From an uncultured Chitinophagaceae bacterium (GTDB taxonomy: Bacteria > Bacteroidota > Ignavibacteria > UBA10030 > UBA8401): 64,000 nucleotides of DNA. Both the position numbers and the translations under genes were made by a program. The notes beneath the pieces are model-generated. The model did no database searches. It saw only the letters and a program-made list of their open reading frames with translations, and had not been told where the DNA came from. The stretch is taken from contig CAZXQG010000012.1 in assembly GCA_964642725.1 (NCBI GenBank), forward strand, positions 6,163 to 70,162, in the 5' to 3' direction. Shown here piece by piece: positions 1-10,286 of this stretch (position 1 is the stretch's first letter; each line of letters begins with the position of its first letter).

Positions 1-90
1 TGCCGGATAAAAAAGAACTCCTGTCCGGCGAGAAGATGATCTGTGTTTACTCATTGCCTTTTTTCCTGCCTTCCCTTTTATAGAATACCA

Positions 91-1320
91 TTAAGGATAA
101 AAGCTGATTCTGCCGTTCCAAAATTTCGTTAAGAGGTCAGCCAGAATGCCGCCGGGCTCGCGCCGCGGCAGCGAAACTGCCGAAACAACGCTGTCGGCAA
201 AAGTGGCCAAAGACCATTTGGCAATAATTTCTTTCGAACGCAAGCCCATCGCACGCAATCGATCGGACGGCATTCTTGTTAGTTCGAGCATGTGCTGTGA
301 AAGGGCGGCGCTGTCGCCGGCGTCGAAAGACCATCCGTTCTTCCCTTCTTCAACCAATGTTCGCGCAGCCCCGCACCCTTTGCTGATGATGACCGGAAGC
401 TGCGATGCCAGCGCTTCATTAGCGACGAGTCCCCAGGTTTCAACGACGCTCGGGAGAATGAACGCGCTTGCAAGGCCGTAATACCAGCAAAGTTGTTCGC
501 CAAACTGACTGCCGACAAACCGCACGCCTGGATATTCACGCATTGCTTCCTCATGGCGGCGCCGTTCATCGCCTTCACCGACAAGAACCAGACCCCACGC
601 ATCGCGGTGAGCCAGTTGTGCATATTGTTGGTACGCCTCGAGGAGTGTCGTAATTCCCTTACGAGTGATAAACCTTCCGACAAAAAGGAAATATTTCTGC
701 GGGAGATTAAGAGCATTGCGCAACGCATCTGCTTGTCCGCGTGCAAGTTCGGCGCCAGTGGAAAAAAAATCATTGTCGACGACATCGACTCCGTAAAAAA
801 TTCTCTCCGGCGGAAAACCCATGGCCAAATAATACGACGCATGGCTGGGAGCAGGAATAAAAGCGGCATCAACGTTTCGATGGATAATTTTCTTCGTTGT
901 TGAAACAATGAACCCGCGCTTGTCCGAATATTCCCATGCGTCGTCCATCATAACGCACAGTTTATCGTAATCAAGGCAGTATTTCACGGAAGCCATCCCG
1001 GAAGGAAACGGGGTCGACGGGGCTATTACGGCATCCGGCCGGAGGCTTTCGAGCATGCGAAACGCTTTTCTGTGTATGATATACGGCGAAAGCGCGCGGT
1101 ACGACTCTCCGGAAAACAAGCAAATATAATCATTCCCGCTCTTTGATGTATCATCGGGAAAAGGATAAAGCGCGTCTTTCGAGGCTATCTCGATCGCGGT
1201 CACCTGCCAGCCGAGTGGATGGAGCCTCTCCCGCAAATGCCGAATTCTTGCCACGTGATACGGCAGAAAATTCGTCCACATAATCACAACACGCTTCTTT
1301 GGATGCTGCAATTCGGTCAA
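91..1320 (-). CDS. glycosyltransferase, GT-B fold, family 4-like
   Basis: 409-aa ORF. The C-terminal half shows the GT4 pattern (FVGRFITRKG, VRFVGSQFGEQL, ILPSVVETWGLVANEALASQLPVIISKGCGAARTLVEEGKNGWSF). The track start is TTG at 1320, overlapping the upstream stop (TTGA). The first ATG (1281) would remove the first beta-strand KKRVVIMW. Confidence 0.8.
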   Translation of the reverse strand: MTELQHPKKRVVIMWTNFLPYHVARIRHLRERLHPLGWQVTAIEIASKDALYPFPDDTSKSGNDYICLFSGESYRALSPYIIHRKAFRMLESLRPDAVIAPSTPFPSGMASVKYCLDYDKLCVMMDDAWEYSDKRGFIVSTTKKIIHRNVDAAFIPAPSHASYYLAMGFPPERIFYGVDVVDNDFFSTGAELARGQADALRNALNLPQKYFLFVGRFITRKGITTLLEAYQQYAQLAHRDAWGLVLVGEGDERRRHEEAMREYPGVRFVGSQFGEQLCWYYGLASAFILPSVVETWGLVANEALASQLPVIISKGCGAARTLVEEGKNGWSFDAGDSAALSQHMLELTRMPSDRLRAMGLRSKEIIAKWSLATFADSVVSAVSLPRREPGGILADLLTKFWNGRISFYP

Positions 1321-2687
1321 TGTTCGTCGCCTTCTTGTCCATTGTTGTCGGGAGCGGAAGGAGCTGAAAGTTCTTCTTTTACGTATTTATCCTCACGGTA
1401 AGCCGTCGAACGCGAAGTTCTCCGGCGCCGATAGAATTCATCCCCTTCATAAGAGACTCTCTCCAACCGTGCTCTTCTTTCTGCTGAATATGCAAGGCCA
1501 ATAATTGTAAACTGAAGATTTCCGTAGAAGGCGGCGTATAGCACTATGTTGTCGGTAAACATCATGAGAACGAAAGGGAGAAAGGTAGACGCAGCTGCAA
1601 AAAAAACGGTGCATATCTCTCCCTCGCTTCGCCGAGCCTTTCTCAATAAGTGCCGAACCTGAATAATCAGGGTAAGAAGAAACAGCGCCGTGCCGACAAT
1701 ACCGTAGTCGTACAAAAACCTGAGCCAGTCATCATGGGGATGTGTAAGTCGGCCTTCGGTCAATTTTAGAATTAACTCTTCCGAAGCATTTGCTCCGTGA
1801 CCCCAAATTGGTTTCTCGGCAATTTCAGCCAGCAATACTTCCGCCATATAGCGGCGTCCACTCGTAGCAAGGTTTTTGGGATCTCCTATATCCGACAAAG
1901 AGCCTTCGCCCTTCATGAACATTTTTTCCTGAACGCGAGGGGAATAAAAAAGGGCCAGTCCCAGCAAGGCGACTACGACGAACAGGATCACTCTCGTTTG
2001 CAATTTCATCGGCGAAAAAGTAGCCGGCAGCGATAAGCCTGTCACGAAAATTGCCATCCTTGTCAATGCCACCACCGGCAGCATTGCAATAGCGCCCCAC
2101 CAAAACAGGTCTTTCACCCTCCCGAACGTATAGCCTGAGGCAAAGTACGCTGCAAGCACGGTCGCCGTAATAGCCTGAGGCGCTAACGCTGTAGCACTGG
2201 GCAATTGTCCAGTAATCAGAAGACCGGTCAAAAAGAAGGCGAGTACCAGCACCGCCAAAGAAAAAAGCTTGATGACAAGTCCGAAGTTAACCAACTGCTT
2301 TTCGTCAACCTTGGCTGTAGACGCAGCCATGCCAACAACGATAGGGCACACAAGCAACGTCGACCGCTGCAAGTTTGCGTAATCGGACATATAGCCGCTG
2401 ATAATGACAAAGAGCAACCACGGCAGCCATATTGAAAGAGGGAAGCTTATCCTGTCTATGTTCGCTGGAATAACCATCACAGCAAAGGCGAGGCAGACAA
2501 TCCATGCATATCCTGCGACGGAATAGCCTAGAAGAGCACCCCCTCCGAAAGTGCAAGCAAAAAATGTGGTAATGAAAACAAGCCAAACGATAATGGGAAG
2601 TTTGGAATGTCGAATCGCTTCTCGCCACGAGAGCGTTTCTTCCTCCTCAATCTTCTCCCCTATTTCTTCAACAAAATCCTCTGTCAT
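1317..2687 (-). CDS. O-antigen ligase / polymerase family (Wzy_C-type) integral membrane protein
   Basis: 456-aa ORF with an ATG start and about 10 hydrophobic helices. The loop motif GHGANASEE...THPHDDWLRFLYDYGIVGTALFLLTL is typical of the Wzy_C (WaaL/Wzy) family. It has a charged cytoplasmic C-terminal tail. Confidence 0.7.
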   Translation of the reverse strand: MTEDFVEEIGEKIEEEETLSWREAIRHSKLPIIVWLVFITTFFACTFGGGALLGYSVAGYAWIVCLAFAVMVIPANIDRISFPLSIWLPWLLFVIISGYMSDYANLQRSTLLVCPIVVGMAASTAKVDEKQLVNFGLVIKLFSLAVLVLAFFLTGLLITGQLPSATALAPQAITATVLAAYFASGYTFGRVKDLFWWGAIAMLPVVALTRMAIFVTGLSLPATFSPMKLQTRVILFVVVALLGLALFYSPRVQEKMFMKGEGSLSDIGDPKNLATSGRRYMAEVLLAEIAEKPIWGHGANASEELILKLTEGRLTHPHDDWLRFLYDYGIVGTALFLLTLIIQVRHLLRKARRSEGEICTVFFAAASTFLPFVLMMFTDNIVLYAAFYGNLQFTIIGLAYSAERRARLERVSYEGDEFYRRRRTSRSTAYREDKYVKEELSAPSAPDNNGQEGDEH

Positions 2688-2690
2688 AGT

Positions 2691-3665
2691 TCACCTTCGC
2701 CGAATCGTACGGTACAGCATCCGAACAAATGTAAAGAATCGGAGAACAAATTTCCTTATCAATCTTGGCGCTGCGGCTGCTGCGAAATAGACAATCACCC
2801 GAGGGTCCGTCATGGAATAGCGAGCCATTTTTCTTACTTCGACCATTGCGTTCGTCCTGTCCTCCAATTGTACGAACATGGACGCCCTCATTCTGTGCCA
2901 CATAGAAAGATATTGAAAAAAATCCTTCTTCCTGTCAGCATGAACATGAGCGAGTAATTCTCGAAGCTGCTCACCCACAACATCGGGAATTTCCGGTGTT
3001 CTGGTCGGGTAGCCGGTCAACGGTGCACGGAGCCAAAAGACGGCGCACTGTTTTTTCGAATACGCAATCTCGAACTTCACCGCAAGGCGTGCCCACGTCA
3101 ACAAATCTTCTCCTATCGAAACCCCCTCGGGAAATCCCCCCGCAGAAAGCAATGCAGCTTTTTTGACGGCAATGGCCGATGACCACAGCGGCGGGTCGGA
3201 GTGTGCCGCTGTTTCAAAATAAGTTTCTAGAACGCCTTCCCACATGCCGGGCGGAACTCTCTGCAAAACGGGTGTGCGAAGGGTTCCATCGATATCCCTG
3301 TAAAAGTAATGGGTTGCAAACACAGAACATGTTGTGAAGTTTCCATACAATCGCATTATCGTTTCAAGGAAGTCCGGTTTCCATTCATCATCAGCGTCGA
3401 GAAAGGCAATCAGGTCTCCTTTCGCCTCCGCAATACCCCGGTTGCGAGCCGCCGAAACGCCTTTATTGTTCTGGTCGATGATCCGAATGCGCTTATCGTT
3501 GATCATCCGGACAACTATATCTCCGCCATCGGTAGAACCGTCATTTACTACTAACACTTCAAAATCGAAGACCGATTGATCTAGTACAGAGCGCAACGCA
3601 CGGTGTACTTCTTTTGCGTTGTTGTAGAGCGGCATCACTACCGATATGGACGCGCTGCTATTCAT
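2691..3665 (-). CDS. glycosyltransferase family 2 (GT-A fold)
   Basis: 324 aa. The N-terminus is ISVVMPLYNNAKEVHRALRSVLDQSVFDFEVLVVNDGSTDGG, followed by FLDADDEW (DXD). The ATG overlaps the upstream stop (ATGA). Confidence 0.85.
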   Translation of the reverse strand: MNSSASISVVMPLYNNAKEVHRALRSVLDQSVFDFEVLVVNDGSTDGGDIVVRMINDKRIRIIDQNNKGVSAARNRGIAEAKGDLIAFLDADDEWKPDFLETIMRLYGNFTTCSVFATHYFYRDIDGTLRTPVLQRVPPGMWEGVLETYFETAAHSDPPLWSSAIAVKKAALLSAGGFPEGVSIGEDLLTWARLAVKFEIAYSKKQCAVFWLRAPLTGYPTRTPEIPDVVGEQLRELLAHVHADRKKDFFQYLSMWHRMRASMFVQLEDRTNAMVEVRKMARYSMTDPRVIVYFAAAAAPRLIRKFVLRFFTFVRMLYRTIRRR

Positions 3666-4846
3666 CGGAGGGTTTGAGAATACCGATTGTATACTGCTAG
3701 GAGCGAAGTTTCGTATTGTGACAATGAGAATTGTCGTTCAACTTTTTCCCTGCCCGCAATTCCCATCCTTTTCGCCAGGAGGCTATCGCGAAGGATCAGA
3801 AGAATTGCATCACATAAACCTTGTATATCGCCATAAGCAACCAAGAGTCCCGTCAAGTTATTCTCGACAACGTCGCGGAGCCCGCCAACGCTGCTTGCAA
3901 CAACCGGGACTTCCGCTGCCATCGCCTCGGCAGCAGTCAAACCGAACCCTTCATATTGTGAAGGGACGACAACGATATCCATGATCCCGTACAATGAAAA
4001 CGTTTCGTCCTGAGTTTTGGATCCCGCCCAGATAATGTTTTTCTCGATGCCAAGTTCTGCGGCAAGAGTGTGCAAACGAATCTTGTCGGGACCCTCACCC
4101 ACAAGAAGGATCCTGACAGGAGGAAAAGAGCGCAGCACATTCACCATTGCGCGGAGGAGAAATTCATGTCCTTTCTCGCTGCGAAGGCGCCCGACAACGC
4201 CAATTATTTTTTCCTCGCCAATCCCGAGTTCTCTCCTCGCGGCATTTCTATCGATGGAAGAACTCAACAGTGAGATTTTTTTCTCGTCGACAGCATTGTA
4301 GATCGTGCAGTGATCAACGTTCGATTTCTTTGACGCGTCAAAAGTATTGCTTTCCCCAAACCACGAACGCTCTGTTGCCGCCGAATTGCAAATAAATAGA
4401 TCGCATAAGTACGCGGCTAATCGCACAAAGTACAATTTCATAATCCCGAGATCGTGACGAGGATAATGGATCGTTGCGAGAACGCTGCGTACGCCAGAGA
4501 TCTTTGCGGCGAGGACTGGCACAAGTCCCGGTGCAACATATTGGACATGGACAATTACGCGATGGTGCGAATGACATTCAGAGACGAGCGAGCGTAAGAG
4601 AATAACGGTCTCGGCAAGCTTCGATTTTCGGCCCGAACGATCCAATTTCAGCAACTCGATCTCTGCACCCGCAGACTGAAAATTATTCACAATGCGAGTA
4701 TCGTATTCGTAGTAACAGCAGATAGTCACACGGTATCCGCTTTTTACAAGGATCCGGACCATTGAGAGCATTTGGATTTCGGTTCCGCCGAGAAGAAGAA
4801 CGGGAGTCAGCACAAGAACATTTTTTGACGGCGATGGAGGGGGCAT
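3662..4846 (-). CDS. glycosyltransferase family 4
   Basis: 394 aa. Motifs seen are VGRLRSEKGHEFLL and VPSQYEGFGLTAAEAMAAEVPVVASSVGGLRDVVENNLTGLLV (EX7E region). Confidence 0.85.
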   Translation of the reverse strand: MPPPSPSKNVLVLTPVLLLGGTEIQMLSMVRILVKSGYRVTICCYYEYDTRIVNNFQSAGAEIELLKLDRSGRKSKLAETVILLRSLVSECHSHHRVIVHVQYVAPGLVPVLAAKISGVRSVLATIHYPRHDLGIMKLYFVRLAAYLCDLFICNSAATERSWFGESNTFDASKKSNVDHCTIYNAVDEKKISLLSSSIDRNAARRELGIGEEKIIGVVGRLRSEKGHEFLLRAMVNVLRSFPPVRILLVGEGPDKIRLHTLAAELGIEKNIIWAGSKTQDETFSLYGIMDIVVVPSQYEGFGLTAAEAMAAEVPVVASSVGGLRDVVENNLTGLLVAYGDIQGLCDAILLILRDSLLAKRMGIAGREKVERQFSLSQYETSLLAVYNRYSQTLR

Positions 4847-4849
4847 GGA

Positions 4850-5725
4850 TTAACCCGCGATTAATGATTGACATACCTCAAAAAAGACCGAATCTGACGA
4901 AACTGCGACGCAGTTCCACGTGTCATCTAGCCCGCGGTCAAGCAGTCCATCACCACGCAGGCGAAAAACAGAGTAATTCTTTCCTAAGATTTCGGTAATC
5001 TCCTGCAGAGTGTAAAAGTGCCGGGTCTGTTCATTGAACTCAAAGATGATGACGGGTACATTGCGGTCGATAAATTTCTTCCCTCCAAGCATCACCAGCT
5101 TCTCGGCTCCTTCGACATCAATAAGGAGAATGGCAGGGCAATCGTACATGCCCAGCTCAAGGTCGAGTGTTGTTGCTTCAATCAACTCTCCATGCCTGTC
5201 TACCGTGGCAAGCAATGATGAAAGGACAGCATTTGCGCTGAAGTTGAAGGAGACGGGCTTTCCATCCTCATTGAGTGCCTTCTCGATGATGCGCACGTTT
5301 GCGAATTTATTTAAAGCCACGCTATGGAGACACGCTTCCACACAATCGCGATTTGGCTCAAAGCCAATCACTTCCCGCACATTAGAATATCGTGCCGCAT
5401 CGATAACCATCTCGCCGACATTCGCTCCGACATCGACGACAATTAACGGTTCCCGGAACGAAGTAATCAGATGATTGAGAAATACGTGAGTTTCCGGTTC
5501 GTTGAATTTTCCGTTGATGTTGCGTATGTAGCACGACGATACGGCGGGATTCAGGTACATTTTGACTCCCTCGACCGTCAAGACATGAGCAGTTTTTATC
5601 CTCCGCATGAAGAAACCTATTCCACGAAGGTTCACACCGAGATGATCGTGGCAGAAACCATAGAGAAGGGAATATAATTTCGCTATAACAAACCAGAACA
5701 TTTTCTCTCCCAATAAGTGATACAA
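4850..5725 (-). CDS. FkbM-family SAM-dependent methyltransferase
   Basis: 291 aa. Motifs seen are VVDVGANVGEM, GFEPN and LLIDVEGAEKLVMLG. The track start is TTG at 5725. The first ATG is at 5701, so the start is uncertain by 8 codons. Confidence 0.75.
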   Translation of the reverse strand: MYHLLGEKMFWFVIAKLYSLLYGFCHDHLGVNLRGIGFFMRRIKTAHVLTVEGVKMYLNPAVSSCYIRNINGKFNEPETHVFLNHLITSFREPLIVVDVGANVGEMVIDAARYSNVREVIGFEPNRDCVEACLHSVALNKFANVRIIEKALNEDGKPVSFNFSANAVLSSLLATVDRHGELIEATTLDLELGMYDCPAILLIDVEGAEKLVMLGGKKFIDRNVPVIIFEFNEQTRHFYTLQEITEILGKNYSVFRLRGDGLLDRGLDDTWNCVAVSSDSVFFEVCQSLIAG

Positions 5726-5827
5726 ATGAATTTCACTGCGGACTGGTTTTTTCCGATCGCCCGCTTCGCCTTGTCAACGAAGTCATTGAGAAAGCATTGC
5801 CCCTTTGTGTAAAAGTGAACAATGTCT

Positions 5828-7099
5828 TCACATGCGTTCTGTGTTGGCCAATAAATCCGTCACACATGTCTGCACGTCGCGGACAGTGACAGCATCAAGA
5901 TTTGAATCGGAATCGTTTGCGTCGTCGAACGAATACGAGAATTCATTAAAATTAAAAATGGCTTTTATTGCATCATTCCTTGGGAACCAATGCGTCACGC
6001 TGAAGCGGGTGGGGAAAATCGCGACCGTGGGAACGCGGACCAGCGCAGCCAGATGCATCGTTCCCGTGAACGTCGTAACACAGAGAGATGACATACGCAG
6101 CATTTCTATCAACTCGGGTATTGTCAGCACATCGGAAAATAGTTTCGCCTTTCCATGCGAAGCCGCAGCGACCCGTTCGCCGAGCTGCATTTCACTTTTT
6201 GCCACATTCAGGATCACCGTGAAACCATGAACATCGGCTAGCCATTCTGCTATTTCTCCAAAGCGCTCCGCGTTCCAGCGGTTGACGGCATACTTTGCTC
6301 CCGGGTTCACCACCGCGATCTTCTTCAACGCCTTGAGTTCGGCCGGCAGCAGCTTTGCAACCGATGCGCTCGCATGGCCGTTAACGGGAAACGCCTCAAC
6401 AATGTCGTCCGGCGAAATTCCGGACTCCGCGAGCACCTCGAAAGACCTTCGCGGTTCGTTCCTCACAAAATAATGCTGCACTGCATTCAACACTCCCCGT
6501 TTGCCGAGTGAATTGAGCGAGAATCCGCATGCCCATGAAGCCTTTAACTTATGAGCGAAGATCAATTCCCGAAGCACGAAGCCGGGCACTCCCCTGTTGC
6601 CGTATGGAGAAAAATTCATAAACAGGTCGCAGGAAATGCTGCGCAGGCGGTCGTCCGAAAACTTGAAGGAGGTGCCCTTCCTCACCACGGGATGATCGGC
6701 GATCGTGATCAGCGAGTCGATATACGGCAGGTCTTTTAAAAGGATCCCGATTGGAAACCCTTCGCTGTAGCTGACCACGGTGAGCGTGGCGCGTGCAAAT
6801 TTTTTCTTCAATGAAGCAATCGCCGGAAGATGAACGGCAGTGTCGCCGAGCATTCCCTGGAGATACACCACGACCGAAAGAACCTCGTTAACCGGCGGAG
6901 TGCCGGAAGAGAACCAAATCGCCCGAAGTCCACGGAGCAAGAAGTTGAAAGCAACTATATACATTCGGACATACATTCGAAGGACGAGATTCTTCGCCGA
7001 AAATGCATGTGCCTGTCTTTCGATCGCGCGGACTTCTTCGAGGGTCGATGCGACAAACACTTTACGGAACATATTTTTCTTCAGCGCGTGTGAGTGCAT
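5828..7099 (-). CDS. glycosyltransferase family 9 (heptosyltransferase-like)
   Basis: 423 aa with an ATG start. IAVVNPGAKYAVNRWNAERFGEIAEWL ... TTFTGTMHLAALVRVPTVAIFPT matches the GT9 nucleotide-sugar domain pattern. Confidence 0.7.
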   Translation of the reverse strand: MHSHALKKNMFRKVFVASTLEEVRAIERQAHAFSAKNLVLRMYVRMYIVAFNFLLRGLRAIWFSSGTPPVNEVLSVVVYLQGMLGDTAVHLPAIASLKKKFARATLTVVSYSEGFPIGILLKDLPYIDSLITIADHPVVRKGTSFKFSDDRLRSISCDLFMNFSPYGNRGVPGFVLRELIFAHKLKASWACGFSLNSLGKRGVLNAVQHYFVRNEPRRSFEVLAESGISPDDIVEAFPVNGHASASVAKLLPAELKALKKIAVVNPGAKYAVNRWNAERFGEIAEWLADVHGFTVILNVAKSEMQLGERVAAASHGKAKLFSDVLTIPELIEMLRMSSLCVTTFTGTMHLAALVRVPTVAIFPTRFSVTHWFPRNDAIKAIFNFNEFSYSFDDANDSDSNLDAVTVRDVQTCVTDLLANTERM

Positions 7100-7270
7100 T
7101 TCGTCATTAAAATTGAGTCGTGCAAAATAAAACGTCTACCAATAAATATATCCAATTTTCTGTATGAATTCCGTAAAGAACTCATAGATTTATGATCCGC
7201 TTCTGCTTCACCTGAGCATACGCTCAGCCCAAACGTGCGTTCCAAGTCTCTCGGGGTACCTGTCCGAGCA

Positions 7271-8842
7271 TCATTGAAGTTTGAACAGCGCGAAAAAACG
7301 ATCGTGCTCACCGTCATAGTATGAAAGAACCTGGTTCTTCCGCTGAAGCACGATGACGCTTGCCGGCACGTTGAGGAAGAACGGCTTCAGCGTATCAAGA
7401 ATCTGCGGACCGTTGTGCTGGCTGGAGAATTGCCGTTCGTTCATTGTCGTGACAGCGTGATAGAGAATCTTCTTTTCACGGAGATACTCTGAGACATTTC
7501 CGGTTAATAAGTAGTCGTGGATATACTCATTCGAGTTCACCAGCCCGTCGCCGCTTACTACTCTGCAGCCGCTGAAAAATGAAAGTATCCCGCAATAGTC
7601 TTCCGCAAATATTGTGTCATTCGGCCTGCACGAATTCTCTACCATCAGGGCAAAATTGTAAACAGGCGTATGGGAAATTTTTCCCTGCCGCAGGGTCTGA
7701 CGAGAAAGAAAAACTAATATTGCCGCAACGGCAATTGTGGACACCATCCAGCGCGTCGTTTTTCCGAAATTCTTTGCCATGAAAACGATGATCACACTTA
7801 CCAGGAGATACATGAAACAGAAAAAGGGTTCAAAATACCACGCAGCAATAAGATTATTTACCGCTATATGGAACACGAGCAATCCAATTATTCCGCTGAA
7901 CATCCATGCAACTTTTCGCATAACCGTTCGAAACCTCCAAAATCGGACGAAAAGAAATGCGCCGACAAGAATCGCGAGGAGTATGCATACGGCATCCATC
8001 GGGAAGAAAAATTTTCCCACATGAACGAACCTGGAAAATGAGACACTGAGGCCGTGGCTCTTCAACAACGCGCTTGTCGAAACGGGAATTCCTCCAACGG
8101 CAAAGTCCAACAGGCTGCTTGCAGCGACACCCGCGATCGCACCGAGAGAGAAGTTACGTACTATTGCAGGAAGCCTCACTCCTTTGTATTGCCGGCGAAA
8201 TAGGCACACGACCAGCAGCAAGAGAAAGAGGACAGAATAATCAATTCGGGTAAAGACGGTTCCGAACGCTGCAAACAACTCGACGGCACCGCGCAGTTTT
8301 GATCTTTGAACCGCATGCGCACTTACAAACAAGATGGCGCAGCCGAGCAACATTACCAACAGGAGGTCGGTTTCCATCAATGAGCCGTAGATAAAAGCCC
8401 TGACCGCCGAGAAAAGCATAAGAAGAGAAAGAAGCGGATGTTTCCCAACAAGCAGCGTGAGAAGAGTAACGCTGAGCCATGCTTCGATCAACTTCACTCC
8501 GAACGTCGCTGTCATCGCGGCAATGAGCAGGACGTTGGGCGACGTGAGCACGGCGGAATAAAAGAGAGAAAGAAATTTTAGCCAGACGCCGAGAGTACAG
8601 AACCAACCCCAATGGAAACCGGTCGTCGGTGCAATTCTGTCGAACGTGATGCCGTATCCCAGCAAAAAATTCTGGACAATTTTTGGGTAGAAGAACCCGT
8701 CATCCGGAATAAAATTGACAATTTCCGACGCAGGAAGTGCGATTAAATGAATGCCGTAGAATACAGCAAGGACAGAAATCAATATGGTCTTTTGGAATAC
8801 GGGCAGTTCAAACAGCCTCGCGAATGTTAACCGCTGCGTCAT
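7271..8842 (-). CDS. polytopic membrane protein, possible GT-C-type glycosyltransferase / polymerase
   Basis: 523 aa with an ATG start. The first ~400 aa hold about a dozen hydrophobic helices, followed by a ~120-aa soluble C-terminal domain. The first loop, IPDDGFFYPKIVQNFLLGYGITFD, resembles the acidic loop-1 motif of GT-C enzymes. The coding call is solid. The function is inference. Confidence 0.5.
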   Translation of the reverse strand: MTQRLTFARLFELPVFQKTILISVLAVFYGIHLIALPASEIVNFIPDDGFFYPKIVQNFLLGYGITFDRIAPTTGFHWGWFCTLGVWLKFLSLFYSAVLTSPNVLLIAAMTATFGVKLIEAWLSVTLLTLLVGKHPLLSLLMLFSAVRAFIYGSLMETDLLLVMLLGCAILFVSAHAVQRSKLRGAVELFAAFGTVFTRIDYSVLFLLLLVVCLFRRQYKGVRLPAIVRNFSLGAIAGVAASSLLDFAVGGIPVSTSALLKSHGLSVSFSRFVHVGKFFFPMDAVCILLAILVGAFLFVRFWRFRTVMRKVAWMFSGIIGLLVFHIAVNNLIAAWYFEPFFCFMYLLVSVIIVFMAKNFGKTTRWMVSTIAVAAILVFLSRQTLRQGKISHTPVYNFALMVENSCRPNDTIFAEDYCGILSFFSGCRVVSGDGLVNSNEYIHDYLLTGNVSEYLREKKILYHAVTTMNERQFSSQHNGPQILDTLKPFFLNVPASVIVLQRKNQVLSYYDGEHDRFFALFKLQ

Positions 8843-8924
8843 CGATGACCTAAAAACAGGTGAGGAGAGCTTCCGTATAAATTATGGACAGGCTTTATAG
8901 AATCGTTCGTGCGGGAGCGCATCG

Positions 8925-10286
8925 CTATCGATTATCGGTCCCGACGAAGGATGTCTGATAAACGCCCTCAATTTCATCGCCGTATTGATGGATCGTTTTC
9001 ATCAATGGGATTCGCTGCGCCATCGCCAGTATAAGTTCCGGTGATTCAACACAGCGTTGCATTGCGTCCGACAATTCATCCGGTCTATTTCGTCCGACAA
9101 CATAGCCGTACTCGCCGTCCTTTACAAGCTCGGGAAGCGCACCAGAGCGAGAAACAATGACCGGCCTTCCTGCTGCGAGTGCCTCCGATACCACCAAACC
9201 GAACGCTTCATTTGCGAGCGAGGGACAGAGGAGAACGTCGATTGAGGAATAGGCTTTTTGCAATTCCACTCCGCTTTGATATCCGTGCTGGATAATTTTT
9301 GCGGCGCCCGTGTAATTCTTCATCAACGGAAAGAAATAGGATTCCTCTTCTTTACTCTGAACAGCACCGAATAAATGCAGCTCACATTGTTCCGCGTGTT
9401 CAAGACGTTCCAATGCTTGAACGATGAGGTGAATCCCTTTAACAAAACTGAATTGCCCCACATATCCGAATCTTATTTTTCTTTTGCCGTCAAACGTTAA
9501 CTCCGTCCGTTGCGTCGGTTGAATCCCGTGAGGAATGACGCGAATGCGCCCCTCTTCTACCCCGTTGCGAAGCAACAATTCCTTCATCGCAAGCGAAGGG
9601 ACAATAAACCGCTCTGAATACTTCCATACAATATGCATTTGTTCAATGGTCTGTTCGACCAACCACGGGTACCGCAGCACACGGAGGAGATACGGCAGCC
9701 GGCGTACCGAGTCCACCTTCTTGCCAAAATATCGATAAAACCATGAAGGCGATTTTCCGAGGAGTCCCCCCGTCCACCAATGCGGCGAACGGTACAGACT
9801 GCAGCACGGAACACATACCGAGGGGTCTGCTGGATAGCGACAGAGCGAGTGGTCGGGCCGAACAAGTGCGCCGGCAGTGCATGCTATCCCGGAATGATGA
9901 ATCGTCGTTACCGTCGGCAATCGGAGTTCTGCTGCCACCATCAGTGCCGCGGAATTAATTCCATTAATATGTATGATGTCCGGAGCGAATTCCGTGATAG
10001 CATCCTTCAACGCACCGCGAAGCAGCGGATGATTGACCGCGTATTTTTCGCCTTCCGTCGTGGCGGCGGGATTGAAACTCAGCGCGGCCACAGAAACGCC
10101 CTGGTAGACAAAATTGCTGCGCGCAAAACTCTTCGATCCCGGTTCCTGCCACGGCGCAAGCGTAACCACCCGCACTTCATAGCCCCGCACAGCCAGCTCC
10201 TGCGCGAGAGAAAGTATATACATTTCGCCGCCGCCGTACGAACTGGGGAAAAATCGGGATGCCGTAAGAAGAATTCTCTTCTTCAT
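8925..10286 (-). CDS. glycosyltransferase family 4
   Basis: The track ORF (486 aa from 10385) runs about 100 nt into the upstream gene. The ATG at 10286 (MKKRILLTASRFFPSSYGGGEMY) overlaps the upstream stop as ATGA and gives a normal GT4 N-terminus. The C-terminal motif is LCPSLANEAFGLVVSEALAAGRPVIVSRSGALPELVKDGEYGYVV. Confidence 0.8.
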   Translation of the reverse strand: MKKRILLTASRFFPSSYGGGEMYILSLAQELAVRGYEVRVVTLAPWQEPGSKSFARSNFVYQGVSVAALSFNPAATTEGEKYAVNHPLLRGALKDAITEFAPDIIHINGINSAALMVAAELRLPTVTTIHHSGIACTAGALVRPDHSLCRYPADPSVCVPCCSLYRSPHWWTGGLLGKSPSWFYRYFGKKVDSVRRLPYLLRVLRYPWLVEQTIEQMHIVWKYSERFIVPSLAMKELLLRNGVEEGRIRVIPHGIQPTQRTELTFDGKRKIRFGYVGQFSFVKGIHLIVQALERLEHAEQCELHLFGAVQSKEEESYFFPLMKNYTGAAKIIQHGYQSGVELQKAYSSIDVLLCPSLANEAFGLVVSEALAAGRPVIVSRSGALPELVKDGEYGYVVGRNRPDELSDAMQRCVESPELILAMAQRIPLMKTIHQYGDEIEGVYQTSFVGTDNR

